64,000 bases of DNA from the human T2T-CHM13v2.0 reference genome, Homo sapiens: NCBI RefSeq assembly GCF_009914755.1, contig NC_060925.1; one strand, written 5' to 3'. The notes under the pieces are model-generated. The model made no database searches. It saw only the letters and a list, made by a program, of their open reading frames with translations, and was not told the origin of the DNA. Position numbers and translations under genes: made by a program. Numbering within the stretch: position 1 is the stretch's first letter; the number at the start of each line of letters is the position of its first letter. Of this stretch, positions 1 to 12,830 are shown in pieces.

Positions 1-193
1 GTGGTAACTTCTGGGTCATCAAGTCATTGCCATGGAAAGGGGTGGTAACTTCTGGGCGTCACGATAGCAACAGCACACTGACACGGCACACTGGTGGGTG
101 TGTCTTATGGGGAGGTGCTCCCCTCCTGTCCCTGTTTTAGCTAGTCCTCAATCCAAGCCTGGCCTCTGGAGTTGAGTCCTGCCTTCTACTTCA
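1..193 (-). mobile_element. MER66-like ERV1 LTR, 5' part, cut by the window edge
   Basis: Reverse complement starts TGAAGTAGAAGGCAGG and aligns with the full copies at 10689 and 27866 (ATTGAGGACTAGCTAAAACAGG, CCATGGCAATGAC, GAAGTTACCAC). Confidence 0.75.
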
Positions 194-2069
194 TCACCAG
201 CCACAGGTGCCTTGGGGATCTGCACCAGATATGACTGCCAGGAAGGAAGCAAACTGAACAATGAAGGGAAAACAAGGATCACATGGCTTAGCGTCAGGGC
301 TCCTCCTCCCTCACTAATTCATTCGAGGATACCAGGCAACGGCCTTCCTGTCCCTGGGCCTTATTCTTCTCAATTGTAAAACCAGGGGGTTGGTTTGAAT
401 TCCATGATCCTTCAGCTCCAACAGTCCGGAAGTCTGTCAGTGGCCCTAGCACCTGTACTTTCCACATCGCTTTTGCTTCCACACCTGAGTATCCCCACTG
501 GTGCTCCTAAAACTGCCAGTAAGTATGAAAAGCCTGTATTGTTGTGCCCATTTCTCAGGATGAGACCTCAAGGTCACATGGGACTATTCACAAACTTACA
601 AACTGCCTGAGCTAGCGAGAATAAAGATGCCATTACAACTCCACCAGGTAAACCCTTCCTTTCCCAGAGGGGACTACCAACAGCTCGTTCTGCAGGGCCT
701 TCCTCATTTCACTCCCCAGATATTCCCTTCCATTCCTCCCAGCCCCCTTCTGTTACTTTCCTGTGAACTCTGGCTATTGTCAAGAGGTGTGAGGGGCTAT
801 GAAGATGGCTGTGCACCACACACACTCTCCGTATGTATCGCTATTTTAGTTTTAAGACCACTGTCAAACTTCACCATTGAGGTCCTTCCACTGGGCTTGT
901 AATTGGAATCTGTCCGCTCATTAACATGAGGAAGGTGGGGAGGACGCTCTGGGCTTTATCCACCAGTCCTCATTTAGTAGGTGTTCCCTTTGCAGCTCCT
1001 GGGCCTTGGAGGAATCTGTGTCCTGCTGTGTGTGCCTGTTTGTTAAGGAAATTACCATTTGCCCACACATATAAATCTACAACACACCCTCTTATCATTT
1101 CCGATTGTTCCACAGGCAACACTGAGAAGCCTGGGCAGAGTTGAGGCTATTTTGGAGATGCCGACACCTCTTTGTGCTACCATCAAAGGAGTCTTAGCCA
1201 CCCAAAGAGCTCGTGGAACAGCTTCCAGTCCTCATGAGTTCACTGTGTCCTCAGCACTGCTGTCAGGGATTCACATCCATCACCTCATTCAATCCTCAAA
1301 TAACACCAATCTACATATTTTATATGAGAACACTGAGATTTAAGTGGCTTGCTCAGTATCACAGGAATGGGAAGCAGACACCCTTAATTACCCAACTTCT
1401 ACATCATCTCCATGATTCTTGCAATCTTTGGCAAATAAGATCATCATGGGAGGAGAGGAAGAGATAGGGGTCACGTGCTTCATGGGGGTGGGGACTCCCC
1501 AAAGCATCTCTCACTATTTCTTCCCTGAAGATATTCTGCCTTCCCTCTGGAGGAAATTTCTCCTCCATAGAATGAGTCTTGGGGCTCCAAATCTTGGTTC
1601 TTTCACTACCTTTGTGGTCTAATTGGTCTAATCATCCCCCTGTCCCCTAGTCTGTTGGTAAGAATTCTCTTTTATGCCAGAAACATAAAAATCCTGGGCA
1701 GGACCACGTTAGGGACATGATGCTACCCAGAGGCTCAAGCAATGTGGTCAACCCCTGCCTGTCTCTCTCTAACTCCCAGCTCTGCGTGTGTCTGCTTGGA
1801 ATCATTCTATAGGCAGGCTCGCCCTAGCTGGCAGCCGAGAGGGTCCCCAGCAGGCCCAGACATGTATCCTCCCAGAAAATTCCTTCCCCAAATCCATAGA
1901 CCAACACCAGGAAAAATTCAAATGGTTCTGCTTGGGTCACATATCTAAACCTGAACATTTCACTGTGACAGATGGATGGGGTAATCTGATGAACCAGTGT
2001 AGACCAGGTGACCATTCCTGGAGGGGGACAGGGAACACTATAATAGGCAACCATGCCAAGACCACCAAA

Positions 2070-3003
2070 GGTATACGTATTTTTCAAAGATGGACCCCAC
2101 AATATTTCCCATCCCACATGCTTTTCTTCCTTGTTTCATTGGCATTGCAGGACAGTTCTCTGGGTGGCTGTGGACCGACCCAGCCCTCCTTCCTTGTAGA
2201 ATAACTATAGAATCCGTTGGGAATGCAATATCCTGAGATAAGGCTACTCTATAGAACTGCCTGAAACAGCTTGGGTCTTGTTCCAGTCCTTCCTAGGAAA
2301 TGTAACATCTTGAGTTAGGGAGGAAGTGCCCGGGACAGCCCATGCTTGGTTCCTTTCTCCCCAGGAAGCAAGATGCCCTTCCAAGCTTTAGCCCAGTGAG
2401 TCTCACTGTCCTGATATATATAATAACCCAGGGTGGGCTGCCATTTGGAGTCACTCAGCTGTGGTGTAGGTAGGGCATGTGCACTTGAGGCACATCTGCC
2501 TCGGGCAGCTTTCTTGAGCCTTGGGAAACCAGCTCACAATGGATCCCAGTCTTCTGTCTGTGGGTAATAAATCTGCTTCATATACCTTGTGGTGTGTGGG
2601 GGAGTTCTGTCTCTCCAGACTCCGACAAGTTGGTAACCAGTGCAAAAGGAACCTGCTTTACATGCTCCTCCCATCTCATAGTTAAATTTATGCCCTTTTT
2701 GCTTGAAATTGGGTGGATCTTTTTGTCTTCCTCAACCAATAGAATATGGCAAAAGTAACATTCCCCTCATTTCTGGGCCCAGCCTCAGAAACTTGCAGCT
2801 TTCACTTTTTACCTTTTGAGACACTCAAAAGTTGCCCCAAAACCTCCTGAATAAGGACTCAGTCATCATGTAAGCAGAAACAAGCTGTCCCTGCTGTGCC
2901 CTTTCCCAGTTTCTGAGCCACAGAAATTGTGAGCATAACGGATTGGTTGTTTTAAGCCACTCGGTTTTGGGTAGCGTGTTATGTAGCAGAAGATAACTGG
3001 AAG
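2070..3003 (+). mobile_element. MLT1 (F/G/H-like) MaLR LTR interrupted by an ERVL-type LTR
   Basis: 5' TATTTTTCAAAGATGG..ATTTCCCATCCCACATGC and 3' GTTGTTTTAAGCCACT..GTTATGTAGCAGAAGATAACTGGAA are typical MLT1 ends. Confidence 0.7.
2143..2662 (+). mobile_element. ERVL-type solo LTR (LTR42-like) nested in MLT1
   Basis: GAATAACTATAGAAT..GGGAATGCAATATCCTGAGATA, TATA-like TATATAATAACCCAGGG, AATAAA near 2567, ends GAACCTGCTTTACA. The 5' boundary is approximate. Confidence 0.6.
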
Positions 3004-3004
3004 A

Positions 3005-3037
3005 GTGTGTGTGTGTGTGTGTGTATGTGTGTGTGTG
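3005..3037. repeat. (GT)n microsatellite
   Basis: Seen directly. Confidence 0.95.
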
Positions 3038-3719
3038 CCTGAAGGATAGTTTCCCGCAGAATCAAAAGGAGGATGGGGAAGCACACTAGGCAAACAGGCA
3101 CTGGGTCTTACATCTGAAGAACCTATGGTGCCCGCTATTTTGAAATGTACCAACTTTCATTACTAGGAGGAGTGATTGTGCCATCCAGGCAATGCAGAAG
3201 TAGGTATGTTCCAGGTACGGAGCCTCACTTGCCCAGTTGGCTTGCCAGAGCATTAGAGCATTTATCAGGTTCTTCTGCATATGCCCTCTTCTTCTCTTAT
3301 CCAGTGAGTTGTCTGCTCCTCCAAGTTAGGTCTCCATTCTACCCAAGTCCAGGGGCCACTTGTCACCTAGGCTTCCTGGTAAGTGGTGCCCCTTGAGCTG
3401 AGCTGTGCCATGTCCATGGCATTGGCCTAAGGTCCCCATGCCTTTTGCCTGCCAGACCCACCCCAGCCATTCTGGCGGCCCCTCCCTGGGCTCTTCTCCA
3501 CTCCCTGCTCCCCTGCAGCCTCCTGGACCCTGACCCAGGAATACTCTGAACTCTGCTCCTCTTTTCTAGGCTGTTCCTTCCTTCCAGGCTCTCCAAAGCT
3601 GCCCTTCCTCTGAAGTCTTTCCTCCTTTCCGAATGCTTAGGTTCTCAAGAAGGATCCAGTTTCTCCATCCTCCTTTTCCCAGATCATCAATCCAACAGGA
3701 AGAAATGAAGATCCTCCTA

Positions 3720-3940
3720 GGCAAGTGGCACAGCACTGCGGGTAAGACAGTCCATGTCAGACCGCCTGGCTCAAACTCCCAGCTTTGCCACCTGCCAGCT
3801 GTGTGTCCTTCAGCACTTTTGCCAATCTCCTATTGTCTCATTGTCCTGTCTGTAAAAGAGAAATAACCATACAGGCTGCCTTGTGAGGCTGTTAGGATTA
3901 AACGAGATAACCCAGATAAAGAACTCAGCACTTCGATCGT
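3720..3940 (+). mobile_element. MIR SINE
   Basis: CCTGGCTCAAACTCCCAGCTTTGCCAC..GCTGTGTGTCCTT..CTGTAAAA..GGATTAAACGAGATAA. Confidence 0.75.
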
Positions 3941-5539
3941 GTTAAGTCAAATGAGACAAAGGTTCTCAAACTCCTTGTTTAAATAAGAATTCTAATAGAG
4001 ACCTGGGTTTTTTTTTTTTTCCACCTCATTCCTGCAGAGAGAAGGCAGTGCCCATCCCCTCTGGTTTTACAAAGACTACTCACAAGTATGTATACCTTTC
4101 AGAAAACAGGAATGTCCATTTAAATACTATTACCAGAGTAATCAATTATTAAGTAAGACAATCAAACAGAATTATGGAGTTTTTTAAGGAGTAAAAGGTA
4201 TTTACCATTGATCATTGCAACTGTTCTGAAGTCTCCAAAACTCTTGTTCAAAATAATATTTACAAGGATGGATTTTTTGATGCAGACCAGAATGTGTTTT
4301 CCTGTAGCTGCAGGGAGAGTGGAGATGTTTTTTAACTTTCTTATCTTGCTGAGATTTCTTTCTCCAGCAGTTTTTAAGGATCCGTGGTTTTAAGACCAAA
4401 TATTGAAATTCTATTAGTCAGCACTGAGGGGGGAAAAGGCAGTCTGAGAAGGCCAAAACTTAGCATGTAAAGGAGGAAAAGGCAGAAGAGTTGCTGAGTG
4501 AAATGTGGGGTGTTTCATCATTTCTGTTTCTACCTAGTGAATAATAACATTCGGTGCCTGTTAGGTATTGTTTTTGTCTTTGTTCTTATGGCACATAACC
4601 TGACTAAAACCCGGGTCCACACAGTGTCACATGAAGACACACGGTCCAGCCACCAAAAAGTTAATGAAAATTATTTCAAAGTCTCCCACTGCATCTCTCA
4701 AACCTTTGGAGGCAGGCGCATAGTCGGAGGAACTTCCCCATTGCCTCGTCCTCTCCCACCCGCCTCCCTCTCACTTTGCAGAGTCCTCTAGTACCTCCTT
4801 CCTCCAAAACCCCCTAGCCCCGCCTTCATCTCAGCCCTAGATTTTCCTGTTACTCCCCCTATTCTACATCGCAGAGAGCCAAAGAGCCAGACTCATCTCA
4901 ACAGGAGGGCACTCCCTGGAGGTGGGTGGGGGACTGGGGGGTCTGGAAGAACTGAATAGGCCATGCCAGAGCTCTCTTTAGCAAGCAGGGGAAGGGACAG
5001 GCTGGGGACACTCCCAGATGAATCCTTTTTGTCCTGTCAGACCCTCATCAGTGTGACAAGGACACTCGGTGGCCTTCATCCCCTTTCTTCCTGGCAGCAT
5101 CAGCATCTCCACTTTGACATTTACATCGCCCAACCCCAGCCCACTCAGGGCTGCAGCCAGTCACAGAGTTGGGGGAGTTGGTGCAGAAGAAAGAAGCTTT
5201 TTGCTCCTCCCAGCCTGGGCTATCCACAGCACCAGGAAAACAGCCCAAAGATGCTTCCCCTCTCAATCCACAGTCTTGCTGCCAGCCCTACTACCAACTC
5301 CCAGGGCAAACTGGAATGAGTCCTTGGAGCCTGCACCTCCTCACCTGCCTGCCCTGTCTGGCTCAGATCCATGGGAGGCTCCAACGAGGTAGTAATTCGG
5401 AAGTCCCTCTTCTCCTTTCCCGAACGAGAGATCTCCTTCCCTGCTACGTACATGCTCCCAACATGCCCACCATTCAGCTTTCTCCTTTGGTTTAAGAAAT
5501 TGCCTCTGAAATGTTCCCTGAGAGCTGCAAGCCTTTAGC

Positions 5540-5830
5540 ACTGACTGTGAGCTTCTTGACCACAGGGACTTTGTCTAGCACATAGTAGGTGCTCAATAAA
5601 TATCGGTCAATGAATAGATTAGTGGCCATGATGCAAGCACGTAGATTAGTTCAGACCATGTTACTAGCTGACACCTGGCAGAGAGTAAGCTTTTGAAGGA
5701 ACAGGATGCAGAGATTACTCATTCATCCAGTTAGTAATACTAGTTAAACCTTCATGTTAGGACTTGTACTGGGCACTGGGGTGCAGGAGAATAGGGCATG
5801 AACTGTCCCTATCCCTGTAGGGTTGAAAGA
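5540..5830. mobile_element. L2 3'-end fragments in opposite orientations
   Basis: GACTGTGAGCTTCTTGA..CACATAGTAGGTGCTCAATAAATAT..ATGAAT, then GGCACTGGGG..GTCCCTATCCCT. Confidence 0.6.
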
Positions 5831-6304
5831 AGCTGCCTCAGTTTGACAATCAGGACATCCCTTGCCCCCCCTCCCCAGAACGGAACTCATCCAGCCCCCT
5901 GGGCTTCTTCCCTAGAGAACCAGCTCTCTCCAGGCCCCCCACTGTACCCCACCCCATCCTATCTCTTCACTAATCCCCCAACCCCCACCCCAGAGGTGCA
6001 GCGATAAGCTCAAACAAGGAGGGAAGACCAGAGGTGAGGAGGCGGGAGTCACTGAGAACAGCCATTATCAGTTTAGACAAGTGCCAGGGCCTCCAGCCCC
6101 AGCTGGAGCACCGCCCACAGCCCCAGCTACCAATTTACCAGGATGCTAAAGCCTCATCCATGTTTCATTTCAGACACTGGGCTCCCTCAGCTGCCACCGC
6201 TCCCTTCTGTGGACCCATTTGACGCCTCTCTGCCTCAAACAAGACCCCAAACCAGAGGGGACACGCAGGCTCTGAGCTGCCAGTCCCTTCACCCAAAAGT
6301 GTTC

Positions 6305-6331
6305 ATGCATGTGCACGCACGTGCATGTGCG

Positions 6332-6365
<34 letters not shown>
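6305..6365. repeat. Alternating purine-pyrimidine tract, (CG)n followed by (CA)n
   Basis: CATGCATGTGCACGCACGTGCATGTGCGCGCGCGCGCACACACA... Confidence 0.95.
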
Positions 6366-6372
<7 letters not shown>

Positions 6373-8048
6373 ATAACCGCATTCTATGATGAGTTCAGAC
6401 CCCTCTCTGAGCCCAAGACCCCACCCTCCCCTCCCTCTGTGGCACCAGAAGAGCTACTCACCCCCCTCACCAGGGCGGGGACCCCGCTCTTTCATGCCTC
6501 CCGCTTGGGCATCCTCACCTCCCCCAGGGACCTGGTCCTTGTGCCTGACACAAATCTGAGGATGTCAGCAAATCCGCATGGGGTGGGGGATGCCATCTTG
6601 AATCCCTGCAGGCAGATCTGGGACAAGATCAGGGAATTTCAAGCATGAAAAGATCTCCTTCAGAGATAAAGGAGTTACTATTCATCGTCTCCTTCCAAAG
6701 GTGGAGTGATAGGCATTTGCCTTTTCCCCCTCCTTGCAAAACCAACTGGAAACTAAAGCAGCCGGAGGGCTCGGCGGGACCCTACAATCTATGGAAACTG
6801 CAGGATTTTATTAGCTTGGCTGTAGATAGGCAGGGGAACCAGGGCAGCAAACTCAACCGTGGGGAGACAGGTGGGGCAGAGGGTGGGGGGCTCACCCTAC
6901 TTCTATCTGAGCACACAGCCCAACTGGGGCTTCAGCAGCAGGGGATGGGAGGGGACCATGAAGCTCTCGGACACAGGGACAGGATCTGGGGGAACAGGGG
7001 GATCGGGGGGCCATGTTCTATTTCAGCTCTACTCTGGAGACTTAGACAAGGCCCTTCTCCTTGGCTTTCATTCATGCAGCTGTAATATGATGGAATTGGA
7101 TTAGATCAGTCAGTTTTCAAACTTCTCAAATCATGGGACCCTCTGTATAAACAGTCTTCAGTGGAAGTTCCGTATGTGAAATGGGTCTGGAAGGTGGTGG
7201 CTGGGAGGATCCAAAGTTCTGCCCATTGGCCCTGCAGAGACCCCTGAGGAACAGTGTGCAAACCTCTGGCCTCGACGGTCTCAGGGCTCTGCTGTCCCCG
7301 GATTTTCCAGGTGAGAGCAGGCAACGTCCTGCTCCAGAGCAGGTGGGGAGAAACAGGGTGGGCTTCTGGGCGGCCCTTGAAGCAAGCAGCAGGCAGCACT
7401 GGAGAGACTCAGTAGAGCATCCCAGACTGCAGGAGGTGCAAAGACCCGGAGGCAGGAACACAGGAGTCCTGGGAGAAGGCCACGGGAGGGCCCCAGCTGG
7501 CACAGGGAAGCCCTCTTGGGGATTGAGGAGTCGCCATCAGATGGGCATGGGGAGAGCTGAAGGAGTTGGCTTTGGGAGAATCTTGTTGACTCAGACTGTC
7601 CTGTTGCCCCCACCCAAACACTTGGCAGAACCCCTCCCCAGTGTTCCTTCTAGAGTCCCCAGACCTGCGAAATTCCCTCTGCAGGCAGAGGTCAGCTCCA
7701 GCACCTCCCTAGAAAGTTGTATATGGCCTGGGTCATCTTCCTTGGGGTGACTGCCCTCCCTCACAGGCTGTGCCAACCTCTGTGTCCCTCCGATTCCCCT
7801 CTGTGTCTCCGCGTTCCCGGAGAGTCACCCTGAGATGGAAAATCCAGGGCTTGGGGTGGCTCTAGTTGGAGGCTTGTCATGGCCTCTCTGGGACCTCTGA
7901 GATTTGAGTAATGGGACTTGCCAGGGGAGACACACTGCTAAACCTGCCTCCCTCCTGTCCTCAAAAGTGAGCCCTAAATGGGGAAAGAAGAGCCTCTTCA
8001 AGCAATGCAGGGACAGTTGGATACTTGTGAGCAAAACAAAAGAGTAGA

Positions 8049-8483
8049 GGCCAGGCATGGTGGCTTATTCCTGTAATCCCACCACTTGGGGGGCCATGGT
8101 AGGAGGATTGCTTGGGCCCATGAGTTCAAGACCAGCCCAGGCAACATGGCAAGACCCTGTCTCTACAGAGAAAGGAGAGAGAGAGAGAGAAAGGAGAGAG
8201 AGAGAAAGAAAGAAAGAGAGAAAGAGAAAGAAAGGGAGAAAGAGAGAAAGAAGGAAAGAGAGAAAGAGAGAGAGAGAGAAAGAGAGAGAGAGAAAGAAAG
8301 GAGAAAAGAAAGGAGAAAAGAAAAGAAAGCCAGCATGATGGTGTGCACCTTCAGTCCTAGCTGAGGCAGGAGGATCATTTGAGCCCAGGAGTTAGAGTTT
8401 GCAGTGATCTATGATCATACCACACTGTACTCCAGCCTAGGTGACAGACTGAGACTCTGTCTCTAAAAAAAATTTAAAAATAA
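8049..8483 (+). mobile_element. AluJ-like with the central linker expanded into a GA-rich tract
   Basis: Left arm 8049-8166, pure-purine tract 8167-8329, right arm and A tail to ~8483. Confidence 0.9.
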
Positions 8484-8489
8484 AGGCAT

Positions 8490-9115
<626 letters not shown>

Positions 9116-9119
9116 ATGG

Positions 9120-9340
9120 CGTAGCAATGAGGGGAGAGGATTTGAATCCTATCCTCCTCCTACAGGCCATGTGACCTGGGGAAGTTATGCAACCTTGCTG
9201 GGCCTCAGTGTTCTCATCTGTAAAATGGGAGTGGAAATAAAAGGCCCCACGTCACAAAGTGCTGTGAGGATGAAAGGGGGGAATGTAAGATAACGCCTGG
9301 CCCAAGGCAAAGTGCGCCTTAAATGTGGTCGAGTACCTAC
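9120..9340 (+). mobile_element. MIR
   Basis: TGTGACCTGGGGAAGTTA..CCTCAGTGTTCTCATCTGTAAAATGGG core. Confidence 0.8.
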
Positions 9341-9537
9341 TGTGCGCCAGGCCTCAAAGGGCTCCAAGCCTAACAGAGAGATGCAGTGTAAAGGGCCCAT
9401 CCCACCCTGAATGGAGTGACATCAGGGCTCCTTAAAAGCACAGCAACCCCAAGCTCCAAGTGAGGAGGGGGCAATCCTGGGGTGCTGCCCAGAAAAGAGG
9501 GCTTCTGAACAAGCTTTGGGTGTGTCCCCGGCCTAGA

Positions 9538-9680
9538 CCAGTGGTCCCCAAAGCATTTTGACAATCTAATCAGATGGGAGTCCCACCCAACCCACTGAGT
9601 CCCAATCTTTAGCCTCAGGAGCCTGGGAATCTGCATTTTCCAAAAGGTCCTCTGTTGAGTCTAGCCATGAACCAGGCTTA
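9538..9680. mobile_element. MER5-like hAT DNA transposon fragment
   Basis: CAGTGGTCCCCAAA..GCCTGGGAATCTGCATTTT. Confidence 0.5.
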
Positions 9681-10469
9681 CACACAGCTGGGAGGCTGGG
9701 GGACAGGGACAAGGAAGGTGGGGCAGGGACCCACTGAGGCTTCCAAAGCAATAAGCAATGGCATCTGAGGGCACAGGCTGTCTAAGGAGAGCCCCTGCCA
9801 TCCCTCTGCCCCTTGGGCCTTTGTGTCCCCAGCAGGGAGAGCACATGCAGGGACTCACAGTCTCTGTCCCCGCCAGCCAGCGGGGCTGATACTGGCCGGC
9901 CATTATCTGCCTCCCTGAGGTTTCTTTGCTGTCGAGAGGCAGCTCTGCGAGCTCCTTGGAGGGTCCCCCTGGGGCACTGGAGTGTCTGTTTACAGTTCAT
10001 TAGCTACTTGACAGAGAGGCTCTGAGAGGGAGAGACATAAAGAGGAAGTGTCAGGGCAGGGGCCCCGCAGATCCGTCAGAAATGAAGATAAAGCTGCTTG
10101 CAGATGAGGAGGTCTGACAGTGGCGACAGCTGGGCGCCAGGCCTTGCAGGTGGCCGGTGAATGCAGCTCAGCCAGCCTTCCAGACTCGTTGCCCCAGGCC
10201 TGCCCAGTCGGCCTGAGATCCCACACCGGGCCTCCACCAGTTTCCCTGCTGCTGGCTGCCAGCTCTGATGACTACTCATGTCCCAGAAACAACCACGAGG
10301 TCCAGCAAGAGGGGACTGGCTAGGGAAACGGCCCGGCACTCCCTCTGTGGGGTATTTCCCAGCCATTCAAGATGCTATTTATAAAGACTTGGGCATTACA
10401 TGAGGAAATACTTATATGCCATAGGAGAAAGTGGAAAAAAGCAAGACACAAAATTATATCAACAGTATC

Positions 10470-11239
10470 AGGGTAGGTGCGGTGGCTCACGTCTGTAATC
10501 CTAGCACTTTGGGAGCCCAAGGAGGGAGGATTGCTTGAGCCTAGGAGTTCTAGGCTCTGTCTACAAAAAAGTCAAAAAATTAGCTGGACATGGCAGTGCA
10601 TGCCTGTGGTCCCAGCTACTTAGGAGGCTGAGGTAGGAGGATTGCTTGAGCCCAGAAAGTCAAGGCTGCCCTGAGCTGTGCGGTGCACTGCGGTAGGAGG
10701 CAGGGCTCAACTCTGGAGGTGGGGCTCAGACATTGGACCAAATTGAGGATTGGCTAAAACAGGACGATGACAGGGGAAAGCAACTTTTCATAAGACATGC
10801 CACCAGTGTGCGATGTCAGTTTACTGTTGCTATGGAAACACCTGGAGTTACCGCCCCTTTCCATGGCAATGACCTAGTGACCCAAAAGTTACTATCCCTT
10901 ACCTAGAAATTTTTGCATAAACTTCCCCTTAATCTGCATGTAATTAGAAATCAATATAAATATAACTCCAAAACTGCCCTGAGCTGCTACTCTCTGCCTG
11001 CAGGGAAGCCCTGCTCTGCAGGAGCAGTCACAGAGCTGTAGGACTGCCATTTCAATAAAGCTGTTTCCTTCTACTCTACCACCGGCTTGTCCTTGATTTC
11101 TTTCCTGGGAAAAGCCAAGAACCCTCATGGACTCAGCCCCACTTTGGGGCTCGCCTGCCCTGCATCAGTGCCACTGCACTCCAGCATGGGTGACCAGAGT
11201 GAGACCCCATATCAAAAAAAAAAAAAAAAAAAAAAAAAA
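10470..11239 (+). mobile_element. AluJ split by a MER66-like LTR
   Basis: Alu runs 10470-10688, resumes GTGCCACTGCACTCCAGC at 11168 and ends in poly(A). Confidence 0.9.
10689..11167 (+). mobile_element. MER66-like ERV1 solo LTR, full length (479 bp)
   Basis: TG..CA termini (TGCGGTAGGAGG..CCCTGCATCA), TATAAATA and AATAAA, CpG-decayed 4-bp TSD GCAC/GTGC. Confidence 0.8.
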
Positions 11240-12014
11240 CACCAGTTTGAACCCAGTGAAATGAAAATAACTCATAGAGAAAAAAAACAACAACACCTGG
11301 AAGGAAAGATAACCCAAAATGTTGATGGTTGCCCCTGGGTGGTAGAAACAAGAGTGATCTCTTTCTCTACTTTCTTCTTTTCTACAGTTCCCAAATTTTG
11401 CATACTGAACACGTCTGCTATTATAATAGCAGCAACAAAGTCTATTTTAAAAATAAATAGACTTTAAGTCTATTCATCATCTGAGTTCCTGCACCCACAG
11501 GGTTGCCTCCTGCACCCACAGGGCAAGGGCAGGCCTGGGGTGAGAACATGGGCTCACCAGTTCCAGCTTTCCCCACCTGGCCTCCTTGAGGCCCAAGCCC
11601 ACATTTCCTGCCCTGAGCTGGGGGTCTGAGCCATTAGTCACCCGGATCTTTCAGGGGTATCCGAGGGAGTTTCCACACTCACCCCTCCAGCCACAATTTG
11701 GAGGCAAGGGGAGCTTCCTGAGAGCTGGGCAGCCCCTCGCAGCCCACCCCCTCACACCCAAGAACGAGCCTCCAGTACCCCATGTTCACAAATGCAGCGG
11801 AGCCTGCCGGAGGATCACGGAGGGTGGCAGAGCATCTGTCCCTCAGCCCTGAGACCCAGAGATGAAAAAGCAAGAGACAGAACTCAGATCTGAGTTTTCA
11901 AAAACAGAAGTTGGGCTGGGGGGACTGGGGTGTCTAGGGAGGCTGCTACAGAGGTTTTCAGCAAGTCCTTGATGATGACAGCAAAAACCACATCACTGGG
12001 CCCATTTTGTGGGC

Positions 12015-12467
12015 TGTAGTGGGTGGAACCGTGGCTCCCCAAAAGATGTGGCCACCCAGAGCCTGTGGCTGTAAATTTATTTGGGAAAATGGTCTTTGCA
12101 AACATAATTAAATTAAGGATCTCAAGATGAGATCCTCCTGGATTACTTGGGTGGTTCCTACATCCAATGACACCTGTCCTTGTAAGAGACAGAAGAGAGA
12201 CACAGAGGTGAAAGTGATATGAAGATGGAGGCGGAGACGGGAGTGAAGTGTTCACAAGTCAAGGAATACCAAGCGGTTCTGGCAGCCACCAGAAGCTGCG
12301 GGAGAGGCACGGATCAGATTCTCCCTCAGCCTCCATAAGAAGCCAACACGGTGGTACCTTGATTTCCAACTTCCGGTCTCCAGAACTGTAAGAGAATAAA
12401 TTTCCACTGTTCTCACCCATCTGGTTGGTGGTGATTTGTTACGGCAGCCCTGGGAAAGGAATCCACA
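12015..12467 (+). mobile_element. MLT1C-like MaLR LTR
   Basis: TGTAGTGGGTGGAACCGTGGCTCCCCAAAAG..CTCCAGAACTGTAAGAGAATAAA..GTTACGGCAGCCCTGGGAAA. Confidence 0.85.
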
Positions 12468-12489
12468 GCTAAGCCCTGTGCACCACTTT

Positions 12490-12830
12490 GTCTAATGAGA
12501 TAGGCTCTTTCATCATCCCCATCTTACAGACAGCGAAAATGAGGTCCAGAGAGGGTAAGTAACTTTCCCAAGGCTACACAGCAGTGATCATGAGGCTGCA
12601 CCTGGGACCCAGGTCTGCCATCCTTAAGAGCGACTAGCGGTGCCAGGGATCACGCTAAGAGTTTTACACTCACGGTCCCCAGCTCTGGACTCAGGCTCTA
12701 GCTCCATCACTTATGGACCACGTGACCCCACACAAGTTACTTAACATTCCCAAGCCTCAGTTCCTTCACTTACAAATCGGAGAGAACATCAGAAACTACC
12801 AGTGGGGTTGTCTTGAGGATTTGAGATCTC
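12490..12830. mobile_element. Two MIR fragments in opposite orientations
   Basis: CCCCATCTTACAGA..GAGGTCCAGAGAGGGTAAGTAACTT, then AAGTTACTTAAC..GCCTCAGTTCCTTCAC. Confidence 0.7.

Noticed and set aside
8057-8378. Charged E/R/K-rich ORFs
   Set aside because: Translation of the GA microsatellite inside an Alu.
11488-11523. 15-bp direct repeat CCTGCACCCACAGGG x2
   Set aside because: Ordinary local slippage duplication.
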